A DNA stretch of 64,000 nt from an uncultured Candidatus Rokubacteria bacterium (GCA_963708025.1 CAVPSB010000022.1:128001-192000), one strand, 5' to 3'. Positions 20,093 to 32,603 are shown, numbered from the stretch's first letter. Numbers and translations: made by a program. The notes: generated from the letters alone by a model not told the origin.

Positions 20093-23000
20093 TCACGCCT
20101 TCCCCACGACGTCGAGGTAGTGCCGGCGGACCTCGCCGCTGACCTCGCGATAGCGCTCGACCAGCGCCCGCCCGCTCGGCAGCCCCAGCTCGCGGGCGAG
20201 CCGGGCCAGGAGATGCCCGGCGGCCGGCAGGCAGTCGGGCGGCCGGGCCTGGGCGAGCCGGAGCAGGCGGAGCAGGCCCTTCTCGAAATCGTACGCCTCG
20301 ACGAGAGCCCGGGCCGCCTCCGCTCCCAGGAAGCCGCGCTCGGCCAGCGCCCGGAGGGCGCGCCGGGTGGAGGGCGTCCGGAGGGCGCCATGGCGCGCGC
20401 CGTGGGTGAGCTGGAGGACCTGGGTGAGGAACTCGATGTCGACCAGCCCGCCGGCTCCGAACTTCAGGTGCAGGCGCCCGGGGCCTTCGCGGCCCAGCTC
20501 GAGCTCCATTCGCGTCCGCACCCGGTGGATCTCGGCGCGCTCGGCGTCGGAGAGCCCCGGCTCGAAGACGTGGGCCCGGCGGAGGGTCGCGAACCGCCGG
20601 GCGAGTCGCGGGTCCCCGAGGACCGGCCGCGCCTTGACCAGCGCCTGGCGCTCCCAGAGCATCGCCTCCTTCTCGAGGTAGCTCGACAGCGACGCCAGCG
20701 AGTGGCCGAGGCTCGTGCCCTTCCCGCCCTGCCGGAGGCGGAGGTCCACGCGGAAGGCCTGGCCCGTCCGCGTGATGGTCGTCAGCAGGAGATGGAGCCG
20801 CTCCACGAGCTGATCGAAGTAGACGGAGGCCGGCACGCGGTCGGGTCCGCGCGTCTGGCCATCGACGCCGTAGAGCACCACCAGGTCCAGGTCCGAGCCG
20901 TAGTCCAGCTCGCGCCCGCCCAGCTTGCCCATGCCGACGACGAGGGACGGGACGCGCACGCCGCCGGCTTCGGGCTCGCCGAACCGGTGGATCGCCACCG
21001 CCTCGGCCCAGTCCCACGCGATGCCGAGGCAGGCCCCGGCCAGCTCGGTCAGCGCCCAGGCCACCCGCGGCGCCGGCAGCGCGCCCACCACGTCCTGCCA
21101 GGCGATGCGCAGCTCCTCGGCGTGCTTGAAGAGCCGGAGCCGGTCGGCCGGCTCCGGCCCCGCCGCCGGCGCGGCCTCGAAGGCCGCCCGCAGCCGGCTC
21201 GCGGTGTGCTGGCGGCCGAGCGTCTGGACGTCGGCCAGGCGGTCCAGCAGCTCGGGGCGGTTGATGAGCGACTGCGCGAACCGGTCGGAGCGCGCGAACA
21301 GCGTGAGCACGCGCTCGAGGAGCACCGGCTCCCGGGCGAGCCGGGCCAGGTACGCCGTCCGCGGCCCGGCCGCCGCGACGAAGCGCTCCAGCGCGTTCAG
21401 CGCCGCATCCGGGTCGGGAACGCCCCGGAGCGCCGCCAGGACCGCCGGGAGGAGCGCCGCCAGCACCCGGCGGACCGCCTGGGGGGCCGGCACCAGGGGC
21501 GGCCCCTCCCAGAGGAGGCGGAGGTTCTGCCGGGCGCGCTCGGGATCGGCGAACCCGACGGCGGCGAGAGCCTCGGCATCCCAGGGCGGCGGCCCGGGCT
21601 CGCGGGAGGGCGGCGCGGCGAAGAACTGCTCGAAGGCCGCGCGGACCCGGGTGCGGGTCGCGTCGTAGTCGGCGAAGAAGCGGGCGCGCGCCGCGGCCCG
21701 GTCCCCCGCGTAGCCGAGTCGGCGGGCGAGCTTCCCCAGCTCGTCGGGATCGGCAGGCAGCGTGTGGGTCTGGAGCGCGTGGAGGAGCTGCAGCCGGTGC
21801 TCGACCGTGCGGAGGAAGACGTAGGCCCGGGCCAGCGCCCCCGACTCCTCCCAGGAGACGTAGCCCCGCTCGGCCAGGCGGTGGAGCACCCGCAGGCTGT
21901 TGCGCTCCTGGAGCCACGGGTCCTGGGCGCCGTAGAGGAGCTGGAGCGCCTGGACGTGGAACTCGATGTCGCGGATCCCGCCCACGCCGAGCTTCACGTG
22001 GCGCTCCTGGCTCCCGCGGGCCCGCAGGGAGCGGTCGATGCGGGCCTTCACCGCCTGGATCTCGCCGAGCGCCTCGCGCTCGAACCCCGGCCGGTACGCG
22101 AGCGTGCGGGCCAGGTCGAGGAAGGCGCGGCCCAGGGGCTCGTCGCCGGCCGCGACGCGCGCCTTGATCAGCGCCTGGCGCTCCCACAGGGCGCCCCGCG
22201 TCTCGTGGTACTGCCGGTAGCCGTCGAGGGGAAGCGCGAGCGCGCCGCCGGTGCCTTCCGGCCGCAGCCGGAGGTCGACCCGGAAGACGGTCCCCTCCTC
22301 CGTCATCTCGGTCAGCACCGCCAGCAGCCGCTCGGCGACCCGCGCGAAGAAGACCCGGTTCGGCGTGCTCTCGGGGCCGTCGGTCTCCCCCTCCGCCTCG
22401 TAGACGAAGCAGAGGTCGACGTCGGAGGAGTAGTTGAGCTCTTCTCCACCGAGCTTGCCCAGCGCGATGACCGCGAACGCGGTGGGGACAGGCTGAGAGT
22501 CCGACGTGCGACCCCCAGGTGGGGGGGGTCCAGGGGGGGACCCCCGGAGGGGCCGGACGCACCGAGGGCCACAGGCCCGAGGCGTCCGGGCGAATCGGTG
22601 GTTGGGACTCCCCCCCCTGTCGGATGATGCCTGGGCACACCGTAGCGCTCGATCAGGCCGGGCCGGACGATCTCCCACGCCTGCTGGAGGCACGCGTCGG
22701 CCAGGTTGGACAGCTCCTGCGTCGTCGTGACGAGATCGGCATCGCCCAGCATGTCGCGCAGCCCGATCCGGCAGAACTCCCGGCGCTTGACGCGGCGAAG
22801 CGCGTTGGCCCGCGCCTCCTCGGTCCGGAACGGGCGAACGGCGGCGGCGATCTCCTCGTGCATGCCCTCCCGGGGCCGGGGCCGCATGACCCGCGGATCG
22901 AGGAGCCAGGGCAAGAGCTGCGGGGTCCGCACGAGCGTGTCGGCCAGGAACTGGCTGCCCGCGGCCAGGGTGACGACGACCGCCATCGCCTGGGGGTGAT

Positions 23001-23295
23001 CGCGGAGCTGGGTATAGAGGAGCCCTCGGTCCATGACCGCGACGGCCAGGCGCTCGAGGTTGTTGAGGGCCATGTCGGGGTCGGCGGAGGCTCCGAGCTG
23101 GCGGAGGAGCCGGGGCAGGATCGCGGCCAGCAGCTCCGCCTGGCGGGGGGTCTCGGCCAGGCGCCGGACGTTGCGGAGGGCGCCGGCCGGGTCGCCGAAG
23201 CCCAGCGCCTCGAGGGCGGGCAGGCAGGCGGTCTCGGGAACGCTGGGATCGAGGAGGTCGGTGGAGGGCGGGAGCAGCTGCGTCTCGGAAGACAT
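20093..23295 (-). CDS. glnE: Bifunctional glutamine synthetase adenylyltransferase/adenylyl-removing enzyme (frame break in or near the inserted repeat at ~22500-22620)
   Basis: Two nucleotidyltransferase motifs, ALGKLGGEELNYSSDVDL and GMGKLGGRELDYGSDLDL; VDLRLRPEG; KLGVGGIRDIEF; downstream of glnB. Confidence 0.93.
22510..22629. repeat. Palindromic repeat family A, copy inside glnE
   Basis: On the - strand: catcatccgacaggggggggagtcccaaccaccgattcgcccggacgcctcgggcctgtggccctcggtgcgtccgg...cccccacctgggggtc. Confidence 0.9.
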
Positions 23296-23323
23296 TCGGC
23301 AGGCCGCCTCCGGCCAGAGGCGG

Positions 23324-25238
<1,915 letters not shown>

Positions 25239-25323
25239 CCGCACGGCTCACTGCCTGCGAATCAAGTGCTGGTGGCATTCCGGCCGCCCGTTGGCTTTCT
25301 CGCATTCCTCTCGCTTCCGGCTA

Positions 25324-25400
25324 CGGCCATGGTGTTCCACTTCGAGCCGCGGCTTCGCCGCGGCCTCCGCGGGGGGGCCTCGGGGGGCTTCCGAGCCCCG
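25324..25400. repeat. Intergenic palindromic repeat family B, copy 2
   Basis: cggccatggtgttccacttcgagccgcggcttcgccgcggcctccgcggggggg...ggggggcttccgagcccc. Confidence 0.7.
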
Positions 25401-25406
25401 ATGTGC

Positions 25407-27017
25407 TCACTGCTCCACGATCGGGTAGACCAGGGCCGTGATGTGCGAGTTGATCCGCTTGAGATTGGTCAGGACGTCGAGGTGGATCTCCGAGGTCTCC
25501 AGGGACTCGGCCAGCCCCGCCCGCAGCCGGTCCAGGTGCGACTGCCGCAGCTCGCGCTCGCGCTGGCGGATCGGCGCGCGCTGGTCCAGCACCTCCTGGG
25601 CCAGCGCGCGGTCGCCGGCGGCGAAGGCGACCATCGCCCGCTCGAGGTTCTTGGTGACGTCGGCGTGGAAGTCCATCAGCTCGGCTTCGCCCGCCTCCGA
25701 GAAGCGACGGCCCTGATAGAGCTTCTTCCGGGCCAGGTCCATCAGGTTCTTGTCGATGATGTCGCCGATGTTCTCCATGTTGCCGATGAAGCCCAGGAGG
25801 GCGATCTCCCGGCGCGACAGGTCCTCCGTCATCGTCTGCTTGCCGAGGCGGGTCAGGTACAGCTTGATCTCCCGCTCCAGGTAGTCCACCTGGTCGTCTC
25901 GGCGCTCGACGTCCTCCAGCAGCTCCTGGCCCCCCCTCCGGAAGACCACCGCCGCGTCCCGCAGCATGCCCTGGACGATGTCGGCCATCCGGAGCGCCTC
26001 CCGGGTGGCCTGGCCGATCGCCAGGCTCGGCTGGTCGGCGAAGCGGTCGTCGAGGTACCGGGTGCGGAAGCGGGCCTCCTCCTCGACGCGATCGGGCACC
26101 GCCGCCGTGATGAGCCGGGCCGCCGGGCCCTGGAAGGGCAGGAACAGCAGCGAGATGCCGACGTTGAACAAGGTGTGGGCGTTGGCGATCTGCCGCGGCA
26201 CGCCGGTCGCGCTCGCCGCCACCAGGTCGACGAACGCGGCGAGGAAGGGCAGCACCGCCGCCACCCCCAGGAGCTTGAACCCGATGTGGGCGACGGCCAC
26301 CCGCTTGGCCTCGGTGGTCGAGCCCAGCGAGGCGGTGAGGGCGGTCAGGCAGGTTCCGATGTTGGCGCCCAGGACCAGGGGCACCGCGCCGGCCAGCGGG
26401 AGCAGCCCGTGCGAGGCCAGGGCGAGGGCGAGGCCGATGGTGGCCGCCGAGGAGGCGACGATGGCGGTGAAGACCGCGGCGGCGCCGATCCCGAGGACCG
26501 GGCTCTCGGACAGGGCGACCAGCACCTGGCTGGTCAGCGGGCTGTCCTTCAGGGGCTCCATGCCGTCGATCATGAGCTTGAGGCCCAGGAAGATCAGCCC
26601 GAAGCCGAGGATCGCCTGGCCGAGATCCTTGAACAGGCGCCGCTTGGTGAAGAAGAGGATGCTGAAGCCCACCCCCACCAGGAGCGGCGCGTAGTCGTAG
26701 ATGTGGAACGCGATGAGCTGGACGGTGAACGTCGTCCCGACGTCCGCGCCGAGGATGATGCCCATGGCCTGGTGGAGGGTGAGGAGCCCGGCCTGGACGA
26801 AGCCGATCAGCATCACCGTGGTCGCCGTGGAGGACTGGATGAGCGCGGTGACGGCGGCCCCGGTCAGCGCCGCCGTGATCCGGTTGGAGGTCAGGTGGGT
26901 CAGGATCTGGCGGAGCCGGCCGCCGGCCGCCCGCTGGAGCCCCTCCCCGGTGAGCTGCATCCCGTAGAGGAGCAGCGCCATCCCTCCGAAGAGGATCAGG
27001 AGGAGCTTGGTCGTCAC
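25407..27017 (-). CDS. Na+/Pi cotransporter family protein with C-terminal PhoU-like domain
   Basis: TALIQSSTATT, GADVGTT, VASSAAT, GANIGT repeats; helical C-terminus ending LETSEIHLDVLTNLKRINSH. Confidence 0.92.
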   Translation of the reverse strand: MTTKLLLILFGGMALLLYGMQLTGEGLQRAAGGRLRQILTHLTSNRITAALTGAAVTALIQSSTATTVMLIGFVQAGLLTLHQAMGIILGADVGTTFTVQLIAFHIYDYAPLLVGVGFSILFFTKRRLFKDLGQAILGFGLIFLGLKLMIDGMEPLKDSPLTSQVLVALSESPVLGIGAAAVFTAIVASSAATIGLALALASHGLLPLAGAVPLVLGANIGTCLTALTASLGSTTEAKRVAVAHIGFKLLGVAAVLPFLAAFVDLVAASATGVPRQIANAHTLFNVGISLLFLPFQGPAARLITAAVPDRVEEEARFRTRYLDDRFADQPSLAIGQATREALRMADIVQGMLRDAAVVFRRGGQELLEDVERRDDQVDYLEREIKLYLTRLGKQTMTEDLSRREIALLGFIGNMENIGDIIDKNLMDLARKKLYQGRRFSEAGEAELMDFHADVTKNLERAMVAFAAGDRALAQEVLDQRAPIRQRERELRQSHLDRLRAGLAESLETSEIHLDVLTNLKRINSHITALVYPIVEQ

Positions 27018-27037
27018 CGGGCCCCGTCCTAGATCCT

Positions 27038-27100
27038 TCGGGGGGGTCTCGGAAGACCCCCCCGATGCCCCCCCGCCGGGGCGGCGGCGAGGCCGCCGCT
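27038..27100. repeat. Repeat family B, partial inverted copy
   Basis: tcgggggggtctcggaagaccccccc is the reverse complement of the terminal hairpin at 58840-58865. Confidence 0.7.
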
Positions 27101-27164
27101 CGGACGCCCCTCACGGCTCTCCTCGCACTGAACGCGATACGGCATACCCCGACGGTCTCCTGGA

Positions 27165-28595
27165 TCAGGGCGCCGGGATGCGAGCCAGGGCCGCGCGGAT
27201 CCGGCGGAGGGTCTCCTCCCGGCCCAGGTCGGCCATCACGCCGAAGAGCGGGGGGCTGGCCGTGCGGCCGGTGAGCGCCAGCCGGATCGGCTGCGCCACG
27301 TCCACCAGCTTCGCGTCCAGCTCGGCCGCGAGCTGGCGGGCGGCGCCCTCCAGCGTCGCCTCGTCCCAGGGCTCCACCGTCTCCAGCCGCCGGACGAAGC
27401 GCTCGAGGCGGGGCCGCGCGGCGGGCGTCAGGAGCTTCCCGGCCGCCTGGCGGTCGTACTCGGTGGGCGCCTCGAAGTAGAAGCGGGCCTGCTCCGCCAT
27501 CTCGGCCAGCGTGGTGGCGCGCTGGCTCAAGCTGCGCGCGGCGGCGGCCAGCAGCCGGTCCGGCGGCGCCGGGATTCCCAGCCGCTCGACGAACGGCCGG
27601 AGCCGCGGGGCGAGGCCCTCCCGGAAACGCTGGATCCACTGACTGTTGACCCACTCGAGCTTCGTCCGGTCGAAGATCGCGCCGGCGGCGCCGACCTGGG
27701 CGAGGTCGAAGAAGCGCACCAGCTCCTCGCGACTGAAGATCTCCTGGTCGCCGTGGGCCCAGCCGAGCCGGGCCAGATAGTTGACCATCGCCTCGGTCAG
27801 GAACCCCTGGTCGCGGAACACCAGCGTCGAGGTGGCCCCGTGGCGCTTCGACAGCCGGCTCCGGTCGGGGCCGAGGATCATCGGGATGTGGGCGAAGACC
27901 GGGCGGGCGTAGCCGAGCGCCTCGTAGAGCAGGATCTGCTTCGGCGTGTTGGAGATGTGGTCGTTGCCGCGGATGACGTGGGTGATCTTCGTCGTCACGT
28001 CGTCCACCACGACGCAGAAGTTGTAGGTCGGCGTGCCGTCCGAGCGCACGAGGATCCAGTCGTCCAGCGTCGCGCGGTCGAACTCGACGTCGCCGTGGAT
28101 CAGGTCCTTCACCACCGTCACGCCCTCGTCGGGGATCCGGAGGCGGAGGGCCGCCGGGACCCCGGGCCGCTCGGGCGCCGTCCGGCAGCGGCCGTCGTAG
28201 CGGAAGGTCTCCCCGCGAGCCCGGGCCGCCTCCCGGCGGGCCTCCAGCTCCTCGGGCGGGCAGTAGCAGCGATAGGCTTTCCCCTCGGCCAGCAGCCGCT
28301 CGGCGTGGGCGCGGTAGATCTCGAGCCGGCTCGTCTGGCGATAGTAGCCGCGCCAGGTGCCGTCGTCCTCGGGGCCCTCGGGGTCCCAGTCGAGCCCGAG
28401 CCAGCTCATCGCCTCCAGGATCTGGCGGATCGAGTCGTCGGTGGAGCGCGAGCGGTCGGTGTCCTCGATGCGGAGGAGGAAGGCGCCGCCGGCGTGGCGG
28501 GCGAACAGCCAGTTGAAGAGCGCGGTCCGCGCGCCGCCGACGTGGAGGTGCCCGGTGGGGCTAGGAGCGAAGCGGACGCGCACGAGCTCGCTCAT
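27165..28595 (-). CDS. gltX: Glutamate--tRNA ligase
   Basis: RFAPSPTGHLHVGGARTALFNW, LRIEDTD, THVIRGNDH, RLSKRHG. Confidence 0.97.
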   Translation of the reverse strand: MSELVRVRFAPSPTGHLHVGGARTALFNWLFARHAGGAFLLRIEDTDRSRSTDDSIRQILEAMSWLGLDWDPEGPEDDGTWRGYYRQTSRLEIYRAHAERLLAEGKAYRCYCPPEELEARREAARARGETFRYDGRCRTAPERPGVPAALRLRIPDEGVTVVKDLIHGDVEFDRATLDDWILVRSDGTPTYNFCVVVDDVTTKITHVIRGNDHISNTPKQILLYEALGYARPVFAHIPMILGPDRSRLSKRHGATSTLVFRDQGFLTEAMVNYLARLGWAHGDQEIFSREELVRFFDLAQVGAAGAIFDRTKLEWVNSQWIQRFREGLAPRLRPFVERLGIPAPPDRLLAAAARSLSQRATTLAEMAEQARFYFEAPTEYDRQAAGKLLTPAARPRLERFVRRLETVEPWDEATLEGAARQLAAELDAKLVDVAQPIRLALTGRTASPPLFGVMADLGREETLRRIRAALARIPAP

Positions 28596-28639
28596 GGAAT
28601 CATCATCTTATCGGAAGCGGGCCGGCCCGCTCCACCCGC

Positions 28640-29717
28640 TCAGTAGCGGGCGAAGAGGCGGCCCCAGCCGGTGCCGGCGAAGGCCCGGATCCGGGACCGC
28701 CCGACGGTCGGGTACCACAGGAAGTCGTGGTAGACGTTCGAGGCGAACGGCGCCCACACGACCAGCGGCGAGTGGAGCAGGAGGCGCTTGAGCGGCCGCA
28801 GCGGCCCCCGGCGGATGAGCTGATCCCCCCAGATGACCAGGCTCCGCGACGTCCGGCAGCGGAAGTTGACGTCGCCGACGTCGTCGCCGGCGAGGTCGAT
28901 CTCCCGGGGATCGGCCACGCCGAGGCCGCGCTCGTGGGCCATTCGCAGGTAGGGGATGCCGAGGGGGTCGTACCCCATCAGCCGGGCGGCGATGGCGTCG
29001 ATGGCGACCGAGTCGGCCGAGGCCAGGATCAGGTTGCCCTCGCGGGGGATCATCGTCCGGGGGCCGGCGCCGTCGCCGACCACCGTGCCATCCATCACCG
29101 CGAATATCGAGGGGTGCAGCTCACGCTGCATGTACAGGAGGTCGACCAGGACCTCGTGGATGAACTCGTGGGCGTAGTGGCGGACTTCCTTCAGGAGACC
29201 ACCGAAGGCGTTCTTGACGGCGCCCGTCGTGGTCGTGTGCCCGTGCGTCTTCATCGAAGGCAGGTGGAGCACGCTGGCCCCGACGAACATCTTGGGGATC
29301 TCGATCCCCTCCGGAAAGATCTGGTTCAGCTTGAGGAGCGGGCTCTCGAAGCGGTAGGTGATCCACTCCACCTCGGGGAGCGGGATGAACGGCAGGCCGT
29401 AGCGCTCCAGGATCGGGAGCCAGCGGTTGTTGACGGCCCCCCGGCGCGGGTTCGTCACCACGGTCTTGTTCTCGATCGGGATGGATCCGCTCCCGCTGGT
29501 AGCCGTCCTCGAGGAGGGTCTTGACCACGCCCTCGAGCTGCCAGGGCTGGGTCGAGCAGGCCGGGAAGTAGCGCGTCCACGAGAGGTTGAGCTTGAGGAG
29601 CAGCTCCCCCTCCCGCGACACGGCGCGATCGTAGGCGGCGAGCCGGAGCAGCCGGCCGTAGTCGGCGACGACCGTCTCCGGCCGCGTCCGCAGCACCGCC
29701 ACGCGCGCGCGCGTCAT
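28640..29717 (-). CDS. DUF362 domain protein (one apparent frameshift near 29480)
   Basis: LLKLNLSW...FPACSTQPWQLEGV joined to LHLPSMKTHGHTTTTGAVKNAFGGLL...DGTVVGDGAGP...DSVAIDAIAARLMG. Confidence 0.8.
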
Positions 29718-29787
29718 GGGCGGAGTCTAGCACACGCCCGGCACCGGGCCTCGGCCTCGCCGCCGGCCCGTGGTCGCCGGCGCCCGG

Positions 29788-30672
29788 CTACCGTCCCAGG
29801 TAGAGCAACGCGACGACGGCCGCCGCCCACAGGGCGACGTCGAGCAGCAGCGCCCGATCGGTGAGCAGGTGCTCCGACGGGTTCCCGCCGAGGTCGCGGC
29901 GGTACAGGAGGTAGAGGTAGCGAAAGAGGCCGTAGAGCACGAAGGGAAGGGTGAGCGGGAGCTGGCTGGTGCCGAGCTTGGCGGCGGTCTCCGGCGACAT
30001 GGTGTAGAGGGCATACGCCATGAGGGTTGACGCCGTCACCACCGCGATCATCTGATCCAGCAGCTGCTGGGAGTACTCGGACAAGATGGGCCGGTGGTTC
30101 ATCGCGCTCTCCTCGAGGACGAGGATCTCGTGCCGCCGCTTGCCGAACGTGAGGAAGAGCGCCAGCAGGATCGTGCAGAGCATGAGCCAGTGGGAGAACT
30201 CGGCGTCGATCACCACCACGCCGCCGAGCGCCCGGAGGACGAACCCGGTCGCGATGATCAGGGCGTCGAGGATCACCACGTGTTTCAGCCCGACCGAGTA
30301 GGCCGCCAGGAGCACCGCATAGGCGAGCGCGACCGCTCCGAATCGCGCCGAGAGCGCGAAGGCGCCGGCGCACGCCGCCGCGAGGAGTCCCAGTCCCACG
30401 GCCAGAGCCACCCCGGGACGCAGCCGGCCGGACGCCACCGGGCGGTGCCGCTTCTGCGGGTGGCTCCGATCGCGCTCGGCATCCAGCACGTCGTTGACGA
30501 GATACGTCCCGCCCGAGAGGGCGCAGAAGGCGAGAAAGGCCAGCACCGCCCGGCCCGCCGGCGCGGCGTGGTGCAGGTTCTGGGAGAAGATCAGCCCCGC
30601 AAAGACGAGGAGGTTCTTCGTCCACTGCCGGGGCCGGAGCGACGTGATCAGGTTGACGATCACGATGGGCAC
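29788..30672 (-). CDS. UbiA-family decaprenyl-phosphate phosphoribosyltransferase-like protein
   Basis: LRPRQWTKNLLVF, YLVNDVLDAERDRSHPQKRHRPVASG, LTFGKRRHE; multiple TM segments. Confidence 0.9.
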   Translation of the reverse strand: MPIVIVNLITSLRPRQWTKNLLVFAGLIFSQNLHHAAPAGRAVLAFLAFCALSGGTYLVNDVLDAERDRSHPQKRHRPVASGRLRPGVALAVGLGLLAAACAGAFALSARFGAVALAYAVLLAAYSVGLKHVVILDALIIATGFVLRALGGVVVIDAEFSHWLMLCTILLALFLTFGKRRHEILVLEESAMNHRPILSEYSQQLLDQMIAVVTASTLMAYALYTMSPETAAKLGTSQLPLTLPFVLYGLFRYLYLLYRRDLGGNPSEHLLTDRALLLDVALWAAAVVALLYLGR

Positions 30673-30687
30673 AGCCGGGCCTGACGC

Positions 30688-31629
30688 TCAGGCCCCGAAG
30701 GCGGCGACCGTACGGCGGAGACCCTCCGTGAAGCTGACGGCCGGCCAGTAGCCGAGGTGCGTCCGGGTCCGGGAGATGTCGGCCAGCGTGTCCCGCACAT
30801 CGCCTGGACGGGGCGGCGTGTGACGACGAGGAAGTGGCCGGCCCAGTACCTCTTCGAGGCGCGTCGCGATGTCGAGAACGGAGAGGCGCTCCCCGCACGC
30901 GACGTTGAACACGTGCCCGGCGCTCGTGGACGCCTCGGCGGCGCCCAGGTTCGCGTTGACCACGTTCGACACGTACGTGAAGTCGCGGGTCTGCTTCCCG
31001 TCGCCGTGAATCTCGAGCGGGACGCCCCGCTTCGCGGCCAGAATGAATCGCGCCACCACCGCCGCGTACTCGGAGGCCGGATCCTGGCGCGGTCCGAACA
31101 CGTTGAAGTAGCGGAGCGCGACCGTCGCCAGGCCGTAGTGCCGGGAGAAGTTCGCGCAGTAGTGCTCGCCGATCAGCTTGGAGGCGCCGTAGGGCGAGAT
31201 CGGGAGCGGCCGCAGCTCCTCGTGGAGCGGCTGCACGGGCTGGTCCCCGTAGACCGAGGACGACGAGGCGAAGACCAGCCGCCCGACCCCGGCCTCGCGG
31301 GCGGCGAGGAGGAGCCGCATGGTCCCCGTGACGTTCACGTCGTGATAGGAGTACGGGTCCTCGACCGAGCGTGGCACCGATCGGAGCGCGGCCTGATGGA
31401 AGATCACCTCGACCCCGGCGACCGCGCGCCGCAGCGCCTCGGGGTCCCGGATGTCGCCGGGGACGACCTCGAGGGCGGGATCCGCCGACAGGAACTCGCG
31501 CCGGCCGCTCGAGAAGTCGTCGAGGACCCGCACCCGGCGGTTCCGGGCCAGCAGAGCCTCGACCAGATGCGACCCGATGAAGCCGGCGCCGCCGGTCACG
31601 AGCGCGAGTCCGGCTCCCCCGGCTCCCAT
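30688..31629 (-). CDS. NAD-dependent nucleotide-sugar epimerase (WbpP/TviC-like)
   Basis: TGGAGFIGSH, HQAALRSVPRSV, SSSSVYG, YGASK, RYFNVFGPRQDP. Confidence 0.9.
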   Translation of the reverse strand: MGAGGAGLALVTGGAGFIGSHLVEALLARNRRVRVLDDFSSGRREFLSADPALEVVPGDIRDPEALRRAVAGVEVIFHQAALRSVPRSVEDPYSYHDVNVTGTMRLLLAAREAGVGRLVFASSSSVYGDQPVQPLHEELRPLPISPYGASKLIGEHYCANFSRHYGLATVALRYFNVFGPRQDPASEYAAVVARFILAAKRGVPLEIHGDGKQTRDFTYVSNVVNANLGAAEASTSAGHVFNVACGERLSVLDIATRLEEVLGRPLPRRHTPPRPGDVRDTLADISRTRTHLGYWPAVSFTEGLRRTVAAFGA

Positions 31630-31631
31630 GG

Positions 31632-32603
31632 TTACTGCCGGCCGGTCTGCTGGAGGAAGGCGATCACGCGGCGGAGCGTCTCGTCGAGCGAGACCTGTGG
31701 CCGGTACCCGACCACGCGCTCCGCCTTGTCGAGGGCGGGGACGCGGCGCCGCAGATCCTCGAACCCGGGCTGGTAGGCCTGGTCGTAGGGGACGTGGGTG
31801 ATCGGGGACCGGCTCCCGGTCAGGCGCTTCACGCGCTCGGCCAGGTCACCGATGGTCACCTCGTGGGCGCTGCCGACATTGAAGACCTGCCCCACCGCCG
31901 CCGGGCTCGCCGCCAGGGCCACCGTCGCCCGCACGGTGTCCTCCACGTCCGTGAAACAGCGCGACTGGCCCCCGTCGCCGTGGACGGTGATCGGCTGTCC
32001 GTCGAGCGCCTGACGGACGAAGCGCGGCACGACCATCCCGTAGCGTCCGGTCTGCCGCGGCCCGACTGTGTTGAAGAAGCGAAGGATGACGACGGGCAGG
32101 CCGCGCTCGCGATGATAGGCGAGCGCCAGGAACTCGTCGATCGCCTTCGAGCACGCGTAGCTCCACCGGCTCTTGGTGGTGGGACCCAGGACCCGGTCGT
32201 CCTCCTCGCTCAGCGGCACCCGATCGTTCTTGCCATAGACCTCGGAGGTGGACGCCAGCACCACGCGCGTCAACCGATGGGCCGCGGCCCGCAGGACCAT
32301 CTCGGTTCCCACGATGTTGGTCGCGATGGTCTCGACCGGCCGCTCCAGGATCAGCCGGACCCCGACTGCCGCCGCCAGGTGATAGACGACGTTGACGTCG
32401 GCCACGAGTTTCTGGACGAGCGCCTCGTCCCGGACCGAACCGACGTGCAGCGTGAAGCGGGCGTGCCCCTGGATCGCCTGCAGGTTCTCGATCCGTCCGG
32501 TTGACAGGTCGTCGAGGACGTTGACCTCGTCTCCGGCGGTCACCAGCGCCTCGGCGAGGTAGGACCCGATGAAGCCCGCCCCGCCGGTGATCAGCGCCTT
32601 CAT
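31632..32603 (-). CDS. NAD-dependent nucleotide-sugar epimerase/dehydratase/decarboxylase
   Basis: TGGAGFIGS, HLAAAVGV, STSEVYGK, RWSYACSK, RFFNTVGPRQ. Confidence 0.9.
   Translation of the reverse strand: MKALITGGAGFIGSYLAEALVTAGDEVNVLDDLSTGRIENLQAIQGHARFTLHVGSVRDEALVQKLVADVNVVYHLAAAVGVRLILERPVETIATNIVGTEMVLRAAAHRLTRVVLASTSEVYGKNDRVPLSEEDDRVLGPTTKSRWSYACSKAIDEFLALAYHRERGLPVVILRFFNTVGPRQTGRYGMVVPRFVRQALDGQPITVHGDGGQSRCFTDVEDTVRATVALAASPAAVGQVFNVGSAHEVTIGDLAERVKRLTGSRSPITHVPYDQAYQPGFEDLRRRVPALDKAERVVGYRPQVSLDETLRRVIAFLQQTGRQ

Noticed and set aside
17267-22640. Very long ORFs of 1786 aa (+) and 1777 aa (-), and similar 1012/1167-aa ORFs at 10075-16620
   Set aside because: Shadow frames of polA/glnE/ftsK/rnj caused by high GC. 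They are Arg/Pro/Gly-rich or antisense and show no recognisable motifs.
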